A stretch of 64,000 bases of DNA. It comes from Escherichia virus KFS-EC3. Both the position numbers and the translations under genes were made by a program. Location: sequence record MZ065353.1. One strand, given 5' to 3'. Positions 46,483 through 57,946 of this stretch are shown here, in pieces (position 1 is the first letter of the stretch; every line of letters begins with the position of its first letter). The notes beneath the pieces were generated by a model. It searched no databases, was not told where the DNA came from, and saw nothing but the letters and a program-made list of their open reading frames with translations.

Positions 46483-47348
46483 TATTGAGCCACCCCGATT
46501 TTCTGCGTAGCGATAACTTTAACTGCTGCTCTCATACCGACAGTTGCAGAACTTATAGTCGCCGTTACATAATTTTCTTTAATACTAAATGCAATATTAG
46601 CGATTTCGTCTTCTTCGGTTTCATTCCCAACCCGCATGACAGCATATTCAGAAGAAATGACCTCTGAATTAACAGTATCCACAAGAATATTTATTTCTGC
46701 TGTTTTAATTTTTCTTCCATCTACTGATTGGCATGTAACTAGCAATTTAGCCATATTGTATTCAGTGCGATGAAATAGTGGAATATCAACTGATCCGGAT
46801 GTAGAAATATTCCATGTACCTTCAGCTGGTGATTCCTTTTGTCCAAACATGCTTTCAATAGAATAATTCCAAACCGATGTAGAATTATCAGATGAAATAC
46901 AGCGTAAAGTTACTTTACTATATGGGCTAGTCACTACTAAATTACCCGAAACACCTTTAATTGAATCAATCGCTTGAATCGTTAAAGGATTAGTAACTGA
47001 TATAGATCCATTTGAGTTAATAAATTCAACGCAGTCGCCAAGTTCGCCTCTTTCAATGATAACTTTAACACCTACAGTAGAGGTATCAATATCATGCCTA
47101 GTGCCAACTTTTACTGGAGTTGCGTACTCTGCAATAGAGTGTTTTTGATAATATCCAGTAGCATGGATAATTTGGCCATCTGCTCCAGTTCCATTTGCTA
47201 CTGCCATTTTACGTTGATCGCCAAACGCATTATAAATTGCGTTAAAATCACTATTAATTTTATTACCACCGTCGAATAAGATATCACCAGTAGAAGCGTT
47301 ACCAATTTCGCCGGTATCAATCAATTTCTTTGGTTCTTGAATGAACAT
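46482..47348 (-). CDS. 9: baseplate wedge / long-fiber socket protein gp9
   Basis: 288 aa as T4 gp9. Confidence 0.85.
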   Translation of the reverse strand: MFIQEPKKLIDTGEIGNASTGDILFDGGNKINSDFNAIYNAFGDQRKMAVANGTGADGQIIHATGYYQKHSIAEYATPVKVGTRHDIDTSTVGVKVIIERGELGDCVEFINSNGSISVTNPLTIQAIDSIKGVSGNLVVTSPYSKVTLRCISSDNSTSVWNYSIESMFGQKESPAEGTWNISTSGSVDIPLFHRTEYNMAKLLVTCQSVDGRKIKTAEINILVDTVNSEVISSEYAVMRVGNETEEDEIANIAFSIKENYVTATISSATVGMRAAVKVIATQKIGVAQ

Positions 47349-47372
47349 AGCGGTTTCCTTATGAGTTTATAG

Positions 47373-47380
47373 TATTTATA
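47373..47380 (-). promoter_or_regulatory. late promoter for gene 9
   Basis: TATTTATA on + strand 25 bp upstream of the gp9 start. Confidence 0.5.
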
Positions 47381-47387
47381 AAGAAAA

Positions 47388-47405
47388 AGGGAGCCCATGG
47401 GCTCC
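47388..47405 (-). terminator. terminator hairpin after gene 8
   Basis: GGGAGCCC-ATGGGCTCCC palindrome. Confidence 0.5.
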
Positions 47406-47411
47406 CTTAAG

Positions 47412-48416
47412 TTAAAATGTAAACAGAATATTGATTTCTTCTGTTTGATCCATTGCCATGATAATAGGTGGCCTATTTTCCATATAAATCATTTCGCCCG
47501 AATGCCTCATTAAATCTTCCGGATCATAATAATCCTTTTCAGCTTTAACGTTTGGGTCATTTGGATGAGCTTTAGCTTCAAGAGGATTCGTGATTATTGA
47601 TATTTGTCTAAATCCTTTATTTCCCGGCAATGCAGCCTCAGGAAAATAAACTGAATCTAAATATGCTTTAAAACGGATAGTATTTGCCTTAACACGGTAA
47701 ATTAATCCAAAATCATCTTGTTGCCAAGTGAGATTATCTTCATACCCCCATCTAGCCGGGTCTTCTTTTAATTCCTCAGGCCAAGGAACCACGATATATT
47801 CATTCGTGCATCTATTTATAGATACATCAGGCGGAATCTCAAAAAGATATTCCCAAACATATCCGTCTCCAGGCTCGATTGTTCCTTCCGCATCTCCTCG
47901 ACCTTCAGGAGGAGTCATTGACCTAGCGGAAGGAGTCCATTTTCCACCTAACTTAAGGCATTCATCTTTATCAGTTAAAGACTCAATTGAGCACATTCCA
48001 GTATCAGGAACATCTAAACAGCGATATACTAACCAGCCTGCGCCTGATTCGGTAGCATTGTAAGGAGCTGAGTTACATACTACAATATCGTTAATTCTAA
48101 ATGTGTATGGATCCGGATATCTAGTATCTCCCCAATCTCGACGAGGAATAACTGCATCAAGCATAGATGGAAGAACCTTTACAGTTCCCATCATATGAGT
48201 CCACATGTCAGTTACACCTAATACAGAATCGGTGGGATAAGGTGGGGCAAATCCCACCTCATTTTCATTTGATGACCATGGTTCTGATCTTCCAAATGTG
48301 ATAAAGATAGTGTTTTTATCCGGACCACTTCCAATTGAATTATAAAAATTCAACATTTTTTCTGTTCTAAATTTTGAAGTAACTATCGCACGATAGATAA
48401 CACTTGAATCATTCAT
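47412..48416 (-). CDS. 8: baseplate wedge protein gp8
   Basis: 334 aa as T4 gp8. Confidence 0.85.
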   Translation of the reverse strand: MNDSSVIYRAIVTSKFRTEKMLNFYNSIGSGPDKNTIFITFGRSEPWSSNENEVGFAPPYPTDSVLGVTDMWTHMMGTVKVLPSMLDAVIPRRDWGDTRYPDPYTFRINDIVVCNSAPYNATESGAGWLVYRCLDVPDTGMCSIESLTDKDECLKLGGKWTPSARSMTPPEGRGDAEGTIEPGDGYVWEYLFEIPPDVSINRCTNEYIVVPWPEELKEDPARWGYEDNLTWQQDDFGLIYRVKANTIRFKAYLDSVYFPEAALPGNKGFRQISIITNPLEAKAHPNDPNVKAEKDYYDPEDLMRHSGEMIYMENRPPIIMAMDQTEEINILFTF

Positions 48417-51400
48417 CTATTTTAACCTGTGTTGGATTTTCAGGGTCTCTTGGATTTCCTATATTATCTTTTAGACGTTTATTAACTAAATCTCTAAATT
48501 GTGCAAATGTTGTTCCAGATGCATCGAATAAAGGACTCATTAATTTACGTCGTTCAGATGGCAATTGACCTTGAAATATTGAATTATTATTTTCAGCATT
48601 ATAGTCATCAGGAAGAGGATATTTTACACCAGCCATTGGGCCAGGTTCATAAATTGCTTCGCCTGTTACCGAATCATGCTCAATTTCACCGGTTGGAGTC
48701 AATTTAGCTACTCTATCAGCATATTCAGTAGGCAATCCAGAATCCCATTTATAGTTTTTGTATTTATTAATTATAGTCTCTGTATGTTTAAGAGTTAAAC
48801 CAACATTAATAAACATTGTTAAAAGGGTAATTGCTATAAATCCAAATCCTACTGGATGAACAAAACGAATAACGTCAGATTTCCAGCGGGAAGAAGGCAA
48901 ATTGGATTTAATTTTCATTACATAATATGACCGACTTCTATTAATATAGTCTATATTATTTTGAAGCAAATCCTTCCCTTTAACTCCACGAATAATTTCG
49001 CCTTCAAAACTAGGAAGTCTTTCTGCTTTAACTTCTTGACCGGCAATTAATCTTCCCAAAAGATTATGAATAGTTACGGTCCATTGTAATTTACCGTTAG
49101 AATAGCTTCTTTCTATATAAGTAACATTACATCTTCCTGTGGCTGTATAAATCGTTTGTCCTACTAAATCTTCAGTCAAAGAATCGGATTGAACGATTAT
49201 ATCATATTCAGTACCAGCTCCAGATTCAATTTCAATTTCAACCTCTTCATTATAAAGAACTTTAAAAAGAAATTTGTATGATGCTTCAATTCCTTTAGTA
49301 GAATAAAAATCATAGCTACGTGATTCGAAAAATCTTGCAACAGCATCACGTTTGTCAGCATTTAAATAAATGTTTCTTTTATATATCTCTGACCACAAAT
49401 ATTCCCATGCATGCTCTTCTCGTGGATATTTGTTACGAATTAAATTTCGTAAATTGTTATACTGAGTTCCATATCCATCAGAAAGATACTGAATATATGC
49501 TTCGCAAAATGCCTCAAAATTCGAATCCTGCAACAAATAAGAATCAGGCATCATTGTGCCAATCAATGGTCTTAAATCAGGGTCAGCTAATCCACGCTCT
49601 TCTTCAGGCGACCAGGGGGTTTCATGTTCTTGGTTTTGTAAAAATGCTTTTAAAAATACTTCAGTTGGCTTCCAAATAATTTCGACAGTGTCTCTAACAC
49701 GATAGTTAAAATCATAGTAAGAAATTATTTCACCAGAGGCTTTATAGAAAAGCATCCCAGATGCATATTTTTTAAATCCAGTGAATTTAACATTTGGCAT
49801 TACTATAGTGCAATCGCCATCATCCCAGTATTCATGAACTAATCTATCTGGTGATGTTTCCGGAATATTTTCTATAACTTTAGTGTATTTTAAATCAGCA
49901 TAAACTACTACAACCCTATCGGAGTTGTTTATCCAACAACGTGTGTTAGATTTTTTAGACCAGTTAAAGAACGGTTCTGCGTAGTATTTCATCGGCTGAG
50001 GAGTAAAAGTTTCCCAATCAGACTTTTCATCTGCTATAAATGCCATCATATGATAATGCTTATCAGCTAACCATTCGCGAGGAAATTCATATTTAACAGC
50101 ACCGATTAACTGATATTTTGCTGCAGTTTCAGGGTCATTAACAACATTATCACTTAAAAATTTAAAATTACTCGATGATAGAGAAACTAATTTACCATCA
50201 GTTGACATATTCGCGTACCCTGGTTGAATACGTCTTCTTTCTTCTTCAGTGTTGCCAAAAACTCTTTTCCACGTTTTTGTGTCGTGATTTAAAACATATA
50301 TTCCTTTATCAGCAGAATCAATTATTTTTGATGTTCTAGGATTAGCATTTAATGTTTCAACTTCACCAATAATAAGAGCAAAAACTTTATCACCGATAGA
50401 ATCCATTTTATAGCATACTGCTTTAGGATTTCCGGTTATAGTCATTGTATCAGGTTCAAAAAGCCTTTCCGAATATGTTGGAGATAATGGATCAGAATCT
50501 ATAGGTGCATTGCTCGTTTTTATGTATCTAACTTTGTCTCTGGCGACAACGTAAATGTAATCATCGGTACAAGTAATAGCTTCTGCAATGCGATATACAT
50601 TCGCTGGTAAAGTCGCGTAAGTGGCAAAAATTTCTACATCAAATCCTAAATGTAATTGGTCGCCAAGTTTAGCAAATGTTATATCCTGAGAACTAAATCT
50701 GACATCATCAGCTGACCATCTAACATCAGTCGATTTGCGGCCATAGAAAATCTTGTCGTATCCTAGAACGTATGTTGTGTTCGCAGATTGGTAATATACT
50801 GTCTTAGATAAAGGATATCCTACGCGGTCATTGAAGAGCTTTACAGCTTTCCAAGTTTGTCCTTTATCATTGGATACTTTAACTACAGGTTGATAACGCT
50901 CAAAAAGGTATAAAATCCCTTCTGATTCCATCAAATAAACTCGGTTAATATCCTTACATACTTGCTGAATAGAACCTTGTATTTCATGATACTCATTTTC
51001 ACCAATAATAAAATTGCTTATTGATGAAACATCAACATATGATGGACTGAATTGAAAAGATTCATTCATCAATGCAGCCATTATAGTGTCATTATTAAAA
51101 TTAACATAATCAGAATTATTAAGAGTAAATTTTTCCTGAATGAATTTATTGGCTAATTGCATTTCAATCATGTTTTGAAATGTATAAGCATTTGTAGCAA
51201 AAGTTTCAAATTCTTCGGTATAAATCCAATCAGACTGCTCAAAATCTTGTGCAGCTGTAGCTACTCTAATAACGTATGATGTCAATGGGTCAGCATCATC
51301 AAAAAAGAAGCTGTTATTTGCAGTATATCCTAAGTTAATCCATCTGTATTGATTACTCGGAAGATTTTCCCCCGAGTTTGTTTTTGTCTCAGCGATTTCT

Positions 51401-51507
51401 ACAAAATAGTAGAAATTAGCACCAACGTCATCCCAGCGTACTTGCACCTGATTTGCGGATAACTTGGAAATTCTGAGACTAGTGACTGAAGGTGCTTTTA
51501 CTGTCAT
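48409..51507 (-). CDS. 7: baseplate wedge protein gp7
   Basis: 1032 aa as T4 gp7. Confidence 0.9.
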   Translation of the reverse strand: MTVKAPSVTSLRISKLSANQVQVRWDDVGANFYYFVEIAETKTNSGENLPSNQYRWINLGYTANNSFFFDDADPLTSYVIRVATAAQDFEQSDWIYTEEFETFATNAYTFQNMIEMQLANKFIQEKFTLNNSDYVNFNNDTIMAALMNESFQFSPSYVDVSSISNFIIGENEYHEIQGSIQQVCKDINRVYLMESEGILYLFERYQPVVKVSNDKGQTWKAVKLFNDRVGYPLSKTVYYQSANTTYVLGYDKIFYGRKSTDVRWSADDVRFSSQDITFAKLGDQLHLGFDVEIFATYATLPANVYRIAEAITCTDDYIYVVARDKVRYIKTSNAPIDSDPLSPTYSERLFEPDTMTITGNPKAVCYKMDSIGDKVFALIIGEVETLNANPRTSKIIDSADKGIYVLNHDTKTWKRVFGNTEEERRRIQPGYANMSTDGKLVSLSSSNFKFLSDNVVNDPETAAKYQLIGAVKYEFPREWLADKHYHMMAFIADEKSDWETFTPQPMKYYAEPFFNWSKKSNTRCWINNSDRVVVVYADLKYTKVIENIPETSPDRLVHEYWDDGDCTIVMPNVKFTGFKKYASGMLFYKASGEIISYYDFNYRVRDTVEIIWKPTEVFLKAFLQNQEHETPWSPEEERGLADPDLRPLIGTMMPDSYLLQDSNFEAFCEAYIQYLSDGYGTQYNNLRNLIRNKYPREEHAWEYLWSEIYKRNIYLNADKRDAVARFFESRSYDFYSTKGIEASYKFLFKVLYNEEVEIEIESGAGTEYDIIVQSDSLTEDLVGQTIYTATGRCNVTYIERSYSNGKLQWTVTIHNLLGRLIAGQEVKAERLPSFEGEIIRGVKGKDLLQNNIDYINRSRSYYVMKIKSNLPSSRWKSDVIRFVHPVGFGFIAITLLTMFINVGLTLKHTETIINKYKNYKWDSGLPTEYADRVAKLTPTGEIEHDSVTGEAIYEPGPMAGVKYPLPDDYNAENNNSIFQGQLPSERRKLMSPLFDASGTTFAQFRDLVNKRLKDNIGNPRDPENPTQVKIDE

Positions 51508-53486
51508 TGTGATATAGGCTCCAAATCGATAGTTAAGTATTGTGGACGTAAGTCATTTTCAAATACAATCAGTGAACCGTCGCGAGTAAAAATAACATCA
51601 TCGGTTGGGTCAGAATATAATTCGATGGTCTGAACTTCAAATTTTTCAGATGTTAAATTAATTTTAGCGATATTCCAATAAATCACATCAGCTGGATAAT
51701 TTATTTCACCGATAACATAGTATTTGTCGCGTCCATCAGAATTTGCTAATTTGTTAAAATCGTTGCCTGTATATGGCTGAATGTTTTCATTTTCTGTAAC
51801 ATCGCCAGAAGCAAATGGACCAATAATAACTTTACCAATTCCTTTAGAATCTCGGTCTGTTGATACTATGCGAACGTCATATAATACATCTTCTTCTAAA
51901 CCAGTATCAGGATTTACAACCTTTCGTCCAGAATTAAATGAAAACGTATTAGATTCCATAGAACGATCTTTTATTTGATTATTGTATTTAATACCTGCTT
52001 CAGGCGTTTTATAGAAGTTTTGTACTTCACGAACAATTTGAATTGTCGCTGATGAACCAATGATAGAATGATCTGCATCATCTACATATGTCAACATCTT
52101 AGATTTAGCGAAAGATGAGTTAAAAATTTCTACATCTTCGGTATAATAACGATCAATTTTATCAATTATTTGACCTTCGAGCCACTGTTCGGATTCTTGC
52201 AGCTTATTTAAAGCATATGTGACTTTTAAATTAGTCTTAATAAAAAGATAATTAGGAGAAATAATTGATGGCGTAATAGGAGCTAAATTATAGTCTTTGA
52301 GATAATTTTTAATATCTTCGCGCTGTACGGTAGTTAAATACAGACCTGATTTAGGTTTAGCAGCAATAAATGCATAACCAGGTTTAGTAGAATCAGTGAA
52401 CGTCTGAACTGCTTGAATAATAGAACCAAATCTCTCTGAAACGAATGTATCATAGTCAGTCGCAGTTACGCAGCGTTGCTGGGTTTCGCGTTTAATAGTA
52501 CCCAATTCGCGAATACGTTCAATATCTTCTGGATCGCCGCCGCCATCTGCCCCAACAAAATCTGGGTCATCGTTTGGATTTTCATTAATGTTGATGACAG
52601 TTATATTTGTTAATGTATCTGCATATGAAAATCCGACTGCACCATTCGCATCTGCACCGTTAGTACTGATGTACTCAATAACAATCGTAGAGTTCTGGGT
52701 AGGCTTAAGACCTCCAATATAATTAGCAGTCAATGCTCCTTCTGCCGCATTAACAGAAATCTCGCCTTCACCAAAATAAAACTCAGTATTTCCATCAATA
52801 GTTTCACGCATGTAGTAAATTGTCGATGTAGAACCAGCATGAACCATTGACTTTCTTGTCCAGTTAATCCATTCTGCTCCATCAACATATAGTTTAACTT
52901 GGTTTCTATCTATATTTTTGTCATAAATGATAATAGGTGTTAATTTATCATAAATGATTTCAGTTCTTACTATACGTCCCTGGGCCAATTTTAAACGTGG
53001 AAAATATTGGTTATTTTTATCGCGAATAGCAATAACATCTTCGGTAGATACAAAGTTGTAAGGATTAACGGAAGTATCCTTTGCATATGCTAAAAAGCGA
53101 GTACCACGAGGAATAGTAATGTAATTTCTATTCAATGCGTCTGTACAAGTTAGCATAATTTCAGTTTGAGCAGCTGATTTTGAAGTAGGTAAATATCCAT
53201 TATCTTGTGCAGCTTGAACTACTGAACTACGCAAATTAGCAGTACGCATAAAGCTTTCATACAAGGCAGCATTACCAAACTGCTGAATGTATAATGTATT
53301 ATAAGCCAAAAGGTCGCACAGAACGTTTAATCTTGAGCCTTCAAAATCATAATCCAAAAATTCATTTTGGCCATTAAGCCATTCAATGAGGTTTTGTTTT
53401 ATTTCAGCAAATGTACCCCCGACGAATATCTCGGGAATAGCATTTGCTGTTCTTGTTAATTGATAATTTACAGGGGTATTTGCCAT
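51504..53486 (-). CDS. 6: baseplate wedge protein gp6
   Basis: 660 aa as T4 gp6. Confidence 0.9.
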   Translation of the reverse strand: MANTPVNYQLTRTANAIPEIFVGGTFAEIKQNLIEWLNGQNEFLDYDFEGSRLNVLCDLLAYNTLYIQQFGNAALYESFMRTANLRSSVVQAAQDNGYLPTSKSAAQTEIMLTCTDALNRNYITIPRGTRFLAYAKDTSVNPYNFVSTEDVIAIRDKNNQYFPRLKLAQGRIVRTEIIYDKLTPIIIYDKNIDRNQVKLYVDGAEWINWTRKSMVHAGSTSTIYYMRETIDGNTEFYFGEGEISVNAAEGALTANYIGGLKPTQNSTIVIEYISTNGADANGAVGFSYADTLTNITVININENPNDDPDFVGADGGGDPEDIERIRELGTIKRETQQRCVTATDYDTFVSERFGSIIQAVQTFTDSTKPGYAFIAAKPKSGLYLTTVQREDIKNYLKDYNLAPITPSIISPNYLFIKTNLKVTYALNKLQESEQWLEGQIIDKIDRYYTEDVEIFNSSFAKSKMLTYVDDADHSIIGSSATIQIVREVQNFYKTPEAGIKYNNQIKDRSMESNTFSFNSGRKVVNPDTGLEEDVLYDVRIVSTDRDSKGIGKVIIGPFASGDVTENENIQPYTGNDFNKLANSDGRDKYYVIGEINYPADVIYWNIAKINLTSEKFEVQTIELYSDPTDDVIFTRDGSLIVFENDLRPQYLTIDLEPISQ

Positions 53487-53494
53487 TTTAAATC

Positions 53495-53788
53495 CTATTT
53501 AATGAATACTTTAGATGATGCCTGAGCCACTGTATCACCGCATGATATTGGATCAGCCATTTGAACAGCTTTCTTTCCAGTGACATATACCTTAGAAGTT
53601 CTAGGTTGTGTCACTCCGCCATGTGTTTCATATGGCTTTTTAATTTCTGTATGTTCTGTAATTGGATCACCTGCTACGAGAACAGCAATTCCTCCAGTGA
53701 ATACTTTACTTTGCGTAGCATTCACAACTGTTGGAGGCCATGCTTCATGGCCGGCAGTAACACACTTATCATAACTTAATCCTGACAT
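53495..53788 (-). CDS. 5.4: PAAR-repeat spike tip protein gp5.4
   Basis: 97 aa as T4 gp5.4. Confidence 0.8.
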
Positions 53789-54346
53789 TTATGGCCTCTC
53801 ATACACGTAGCTTCTCAATTTATTAGCCCAACGGCTCCAATTTCCAACTATAGTTTTTGTATAATTTTTAACAAGAGTTTTTCTTATTGGAGCTGGAGGA
53901 TCAGTTGGTTCAGTAGTATCAGAAGATGACCTAGAATTACTGCCAGAACCTCCAGATTCACCTTGTTCTTGGTAGTCATATATTAATGTTACTTCGTAAG
54001 TGAATGTCTTCTGGAGGTTTTGAGGAGCTTTCCATAAATATAACTGAGTATTAGAATCAGTTGGAAGGTCTTCCCATGAAGCAGCAGTTTTAAATTCATT
54101 ATCTAAACGATATTTCAACGCATCATTTCCAAATCCAAATACAGATTCATACGTTCCATATAAACGATTTTCTTCTACTAAAACCCCAGGAGTTTCTTCG
54201 TAACTAGTTATATTTATAGATACTAACGTTTCACCTGTTTCTAATTGAGCGGTAAAGGTGACGTCGATAGAAGAACCTTCCATGGATTCTCCTAAATCAG
54301 CGCTCATTGGAAGTATATTAGCCAATGTCAATCCTCGATCCATCAA
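53789..54346 (-). CDS. hypothetical protein (position of T4 5.1)
   Basis: 185 aa ORF between gene 5 and 5.4; overlaps the gp5 3' end so the start is uncertain. Confidence 0.55.
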
Positions 54347-56045
54347 TTGTGTATTGACCAGATGAAATAGAACTCATAGATGCCATTTTTTCTGTCCAAT
54401 CACCACCAACGTCCCAATCAACTGTCCCAGCAACTTTCCAAGAAAGATTTCCATTTACTGTATTAGTCTGATTTCCTTCAACTAAAGTGGTAGCATCTCC
54501 TTTAACTGTAATGTCAGCATTACCTTCAACTACAATAGTAACATTACCTTTGACTAGGATAGTTCCATTACCTTCAACCGTCTTAGTTTCATCGCCACGC
54601 ACAAATATTGTATTGCTTCCATCTATTTGGTGGAGACGATTATCCATGTTGTAATAAATTTCTGACCCACCGACGTTAGTCTTTTTATCGCCAGCTACCA
54701 AAAAATTACCATCAGCATTTGTTATATCATACAAATTATCAACAGTTTTTCTTGTTCTTCTTCCTGACGGTGATACTTCCTCATATGTTCCAGTCGGATG
54801 AACTAATCTGTATCGTTCTTGCCCAGGGGTATCATCAAATTCCTGAATATGACCGCTTTCAGTTTCCATTGTGTGAACATACGGATATTCGCCTTTATAT
54901 GAAGAAACAGGTTCTTTAAATAAAATTCTCGAATCATTCGGAATAGGAGGGTCAGCTGGATCAGAAGACTTTGCTACAGCAGCAGCCATTGCTGACAAAG
55001 ACCTAGCCGGTGTTTTCACTTCAATACCGTATGATTCCAAATTACCCGTAAGAATAATCATGGTAACACGGGATGCACGGCCTTTTGTTTGTTGATACCA
55101 CAATGAATCACGACCAGCTTTATATGCTTTTTCCCAATCTCCGGCTAACATAGCAGTTAACATTGTGTTAAATTTAGCTACACCGCCAACACCCATCTGA
55201 AATGCCATATTTTCTAATGCCATTTGACGAGAACGATTAACTGCCTGCCAAACTGGGCCAACTTTAGAATGTGATTTAATGTCACGTTGCATATCAGCCA
55301 AATCACGTTCAAATAAAGTTACCGCTTCTTCCATTGTAATAGAACCTGGATTTCCGGTAATTTCACGACCAACTTGTTTTGATAAAACTTTATTAATTTG
55401 AGTCATATCACGAACTGGCTGCTTCATGATAAGATGACCAATACCAATTGTCGGATATCCTTCAGTATCCCAATAAACTTTTAGTCTTAATCCTTCATCA
55501 CGGCGAAGCATTTCAGCCATTGACATATTTGGATTATCATCAGTTGGAATTTCTGACAGCGGTCTATCATCAGGATTTATCGCAGTGTCTAGATTACTGT
55601 CTTGGATAATATTAGAAGACGAATCATATCCTACTTCTCCGCCTTGGTTTAATACGTTAGTATCATTTCCTAGACGTCTAGGATACTGTCCAGTCGGGTC
55701 AGAAAATCCTTCAAGTCTATTAGGCTTTTCGCGAACTATTCCACCATACGTGCCAAGGACAATTCCGTTAGTTTTCCATTTGTCTAAAAAATGACCATAA
55801 ACTCTAGTTCCTTCTACTGGACCAGTAACGGAGCCTCCAATTCCAGACATTGCTGCAGAAGTTATAGGTTGAATAACTGACATCCATGGTAATTTATCAG
55901 TTGGAATACCCATTACGTCGCCTTGTGCTCTTTGAGGTGGATGCAGACCAACTACACGAACACGAACACGACCTAATTTTAATGGGTCCATTCTATCTTC
56001 AACAACACCAACAAACCAATTAAGGTTATTACTTATCATTTCCAT
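54318..56045 (-). CDS. 5: baseplate central spike with lysozyme domain gp5
   Basis: 575 aa as T4 gp5; lysozyme signature GYPTIGIGHL. Confidence 0.9.
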   Translation of the reverse strand: MEMISNNLNWFVGVVEDRMDPLKLGRVRVRVVGLHPPQRAQGDVMGIPTDKLPWMSVIQPITSAAMSGIGGSVTGPVEGTRVYGHFLDKWKTNGIVLGTYGGIVREKPNRLEGFSDPTGQYPRRLGNDTNVLNQGGEVGYDSSSNIIQDSNLDTAINPDDRPLSEIPTDDNPNMSMAEMLRRDEGLRLKVYWDTEGYPTIGIGHLIMKQPVRDMTQINKVLSKQVGREITGNPGSITMEEAVTLFERDLADMQRDIKSHSKVGPVWQAVNRSRQMALENMAFQMGVGGVAKFNTMLTAMLAGDWEKAYKAGRDSLWYQQTKGRASRVTMIILTGNLESYGIEVKTPARSLSAMAAAVAKSSDPADPPIPNDSRILFKEPVSSYKGEYPYVHTMETESGHIQEFDDTPGQERYRLVHPTGTYEEVSPSGRRTRKTVDNLYDITNADGNFLVAGDKKTNVGGSEIYYNMDNRLHQIDGSNTIFVRGDETKTVEGNGTILVKGNVTIVVEGNADITVKGDATTLVEGNQTNTVNGNLSWKVAGTVDWDVGGDWTEKMASMSSISSGQYTIDGSRIDIG

Positions 56046-56619
56046 AAGATTTCTCCATTATACGTATAAGGTCGTTCATAAATGAATTGATGTCTGATTT
56101 TGCTATTATTTTTATTTGACGAAGTTTTTCATTTTCAAGAACAGCAGCTTCATACGTATCGACCGCAGCAAGTGCTCCTTCATATTGAGGATATTTTCTA
56201 GCTTTATCGCCTTTGTCATACCAAACATATGGATTATCATCGTATGATATTAAATTATAAAATTTTTCACCGTTCTCATTCACATGATATACTATTTGGT
56301 CTCCACCTACATTTTTGTATTTTTGTATAGATGCTTGATAAGCAGCTTCTTGCGAAGTAATCCATCCATAATACGGATCATAATTATCATTACACATCAA
56401 TAAAACCCAATACAACTGCGGATTTCCATATATAGCATTTGCTAATTCTTCCGGGCGTGGTGAACCTTTGATATAGTAAGTGCGTAAGCGATATCCCGCA
56501 AGAGCGCGTTTGAAATAGTCTTTATAGTTTCTAAAAATATCTGTCATAGGAATAGTCGGCGCGTTTTTATTCACCGTTTTGGCCGCATATTCAATCGGAT
56601 CAAAAAATGTAAAGAGCAT
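56029..56619 (-). CDS. 53: baseplate wedge protein gp53
   Basis: 196 aa as T4 gp53. Confidence 0.8.
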   Translation of the reverse strand: MLFTFFDPIEYAAKTVNKNAPTIPMTDIFRNYKDYFKRALAGYRLRTYYIKGSPRPEELANAIYGNPQLYWVLLMCNDNYDPYYGWITSQEAAYQASIQKYKNVGGDQIVYHVNENGEKFYNLISYDDNPYVWYDKGDKARKYPQYEGALAAVDTYEAAVLENEKLRQIKIIAKSDINSFMNDLIRIMEKSYGNDK

Positions 56620-56632
56620 GGGCCCTCCTGTT

Positions 56633-56655
56633 TATAAATATATTATCTATTTATA
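56633..56655. promoter_or_regulatory. divergent late promoters between genes 53 and 4
   Basis: TATAAATA at 56633-56640 on + (toward gene 4) and at 56648-56655 on the minus strand (toward gene 53). Confidence 0.5.
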
Positions 56656-56666
56656 AGGAGAATCCA

Positions 56667-57119
56667 ATGGCATATTCTGGAAAATGGGTTCCTAAAAATA
56701 TATCAAAATATAGAGGTGACCCTAAAAAAATTACGTATAGATCAAATTGGGAAAAATTCTTTTTTGAATGGTTAGATAAAAATCCAGAAATTATTGCATG
56801 GGGTAGTGAAACAGCAGTAATTCCTTATTTTTGTAATGCAGAAGGGAAAAAACGTAGATACTTCATGGATATTTGGATGAAAGATTCTTCTGGTCAAGAA
56901 TTTTTTATTGAAATAAAACCTAAAAAAGAAACACAACCACCAGTTAAACCAGCACATCTAACAACTGCAGCGAAGAAAAGATTTATGAATGAAATTTATA
57001 CATATTCCGTTAATACTGATAAATGGAAAGCAGCGCAAGCTTTAGCTGAAAAGCGCGGAATAAAATTTAGAATTCTAACAGAAGATGGATTACGAGCTCT
57101 TGGCTTTAAGGGGGCATAA
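56667..57119 (+). CDS. 4: head completion protein gp4
   Basis: 150 aa as T4 gp4; AGGAGAA RBS. Confidence 0.8.
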   Translation: MAYSGKWVPKNISKYRGDPKKITYRSNWEKFFFEWLDKNPEIIAWGSETAVIPYFCNAEGKKRRYFMDIWMKDSSGQEFFIEIKPKKETQPPVKPAHLTTAAKKRFMNEIYTYSVNTDKWKAAQALAEKRGIKFRILTEDGLRALGFKGA

Positions 57120-57946
57120 TGGCTATTTTTCAAATAATTAATGAAAGCACTCCCCAAGTTCCAAAGGTTAAGCAATCATTAAACGAAAAGAAATGGATTC
57201 AGATAGGTCTTGAATACAAAAAGGCCAAAGCAAAAGGAATGACAGGAAAGCAATTTGCTGAAGAAAGAGGAATCAAATACTCTACGTTTACTTCAGCAAT
57301 GTCAAAATATGCTTCAGGAATTAAAACAGCTGAAAAGATTCAAAAGCTTGAATCAAAACCAATGAATAAACTCAATAAGCAAGAAAGACAACTGCTTATG
57401 ATAAATTCATTCAGGCAAACGTTGCGTGATAAAATTCGTAATGAAGGTGCAGCAATTAATAATAAAACCAGAAAGTGGTTTGCTGAAACTATTAAGCAGG
57501 TAAAAGGACATAAAGTTGTTCGCCCGCAGCCGGGACGAATATATGCTTTTGCTTATGATGCTAAACACAAGGAAACTCTTCCTTATTGGGATAAATTTCC
57601 TTTGATAATTTACCTCGGTTTAGGTAAACACAATTTAATGTACGGATTGAACTTGCACTATATTCCACCTAAAGCTCGTCAGCAATTTCTAGAAGAGCTT
57701 TTAAAGCAATATTCAAATACACCTACTATTACTAATAAAACGAAATTAAAAATTGATTGGAGTCAAGTGAAAGGATTTAGGGGTGCAGACCAAATGATTA
57801 AGGCATATATACCTGGTAATATTATGGGTAGCCCTGTTGAAATCGCCCCGAAAGACTGGGCGAACGTTGTGTTAATGCCACTCCAAAGCTTCTACTCCAA
57901 AGGAAAACGTTTCTCTGCAAACAAAGTTTGGAGCAATGTACGATGA
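57119..57946 (+). CDS. 2: DNA end protector protein gp2
   Basis: 275 aa (T4 gp2 is about 274). Confidence 0.8.
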   Translation: MAIFQIINESTPQVPKVKQSLNEKKWIQIGLEYKKAKAKGMTGKQFAEERGIKYSTFTSAMSKYASGIKTAEKIQKLESKPMNKLNKQERQLLMINSFRQTLRDKIRNEGAAINNKTRKWFAETIKQVKGHKVVRPQPGRIYAFAYDAKHKETLPYWDKFPLIIYLGLGKHNLMYGLNLHYIPPKARQQFLEELLKQYSNTPTITNKTKLKIDWSQVKGFRGADQMIKAYIPGNIMGSPVEIAPKDWANVVLMPLQSFYSKGKRFSANKVWSNVR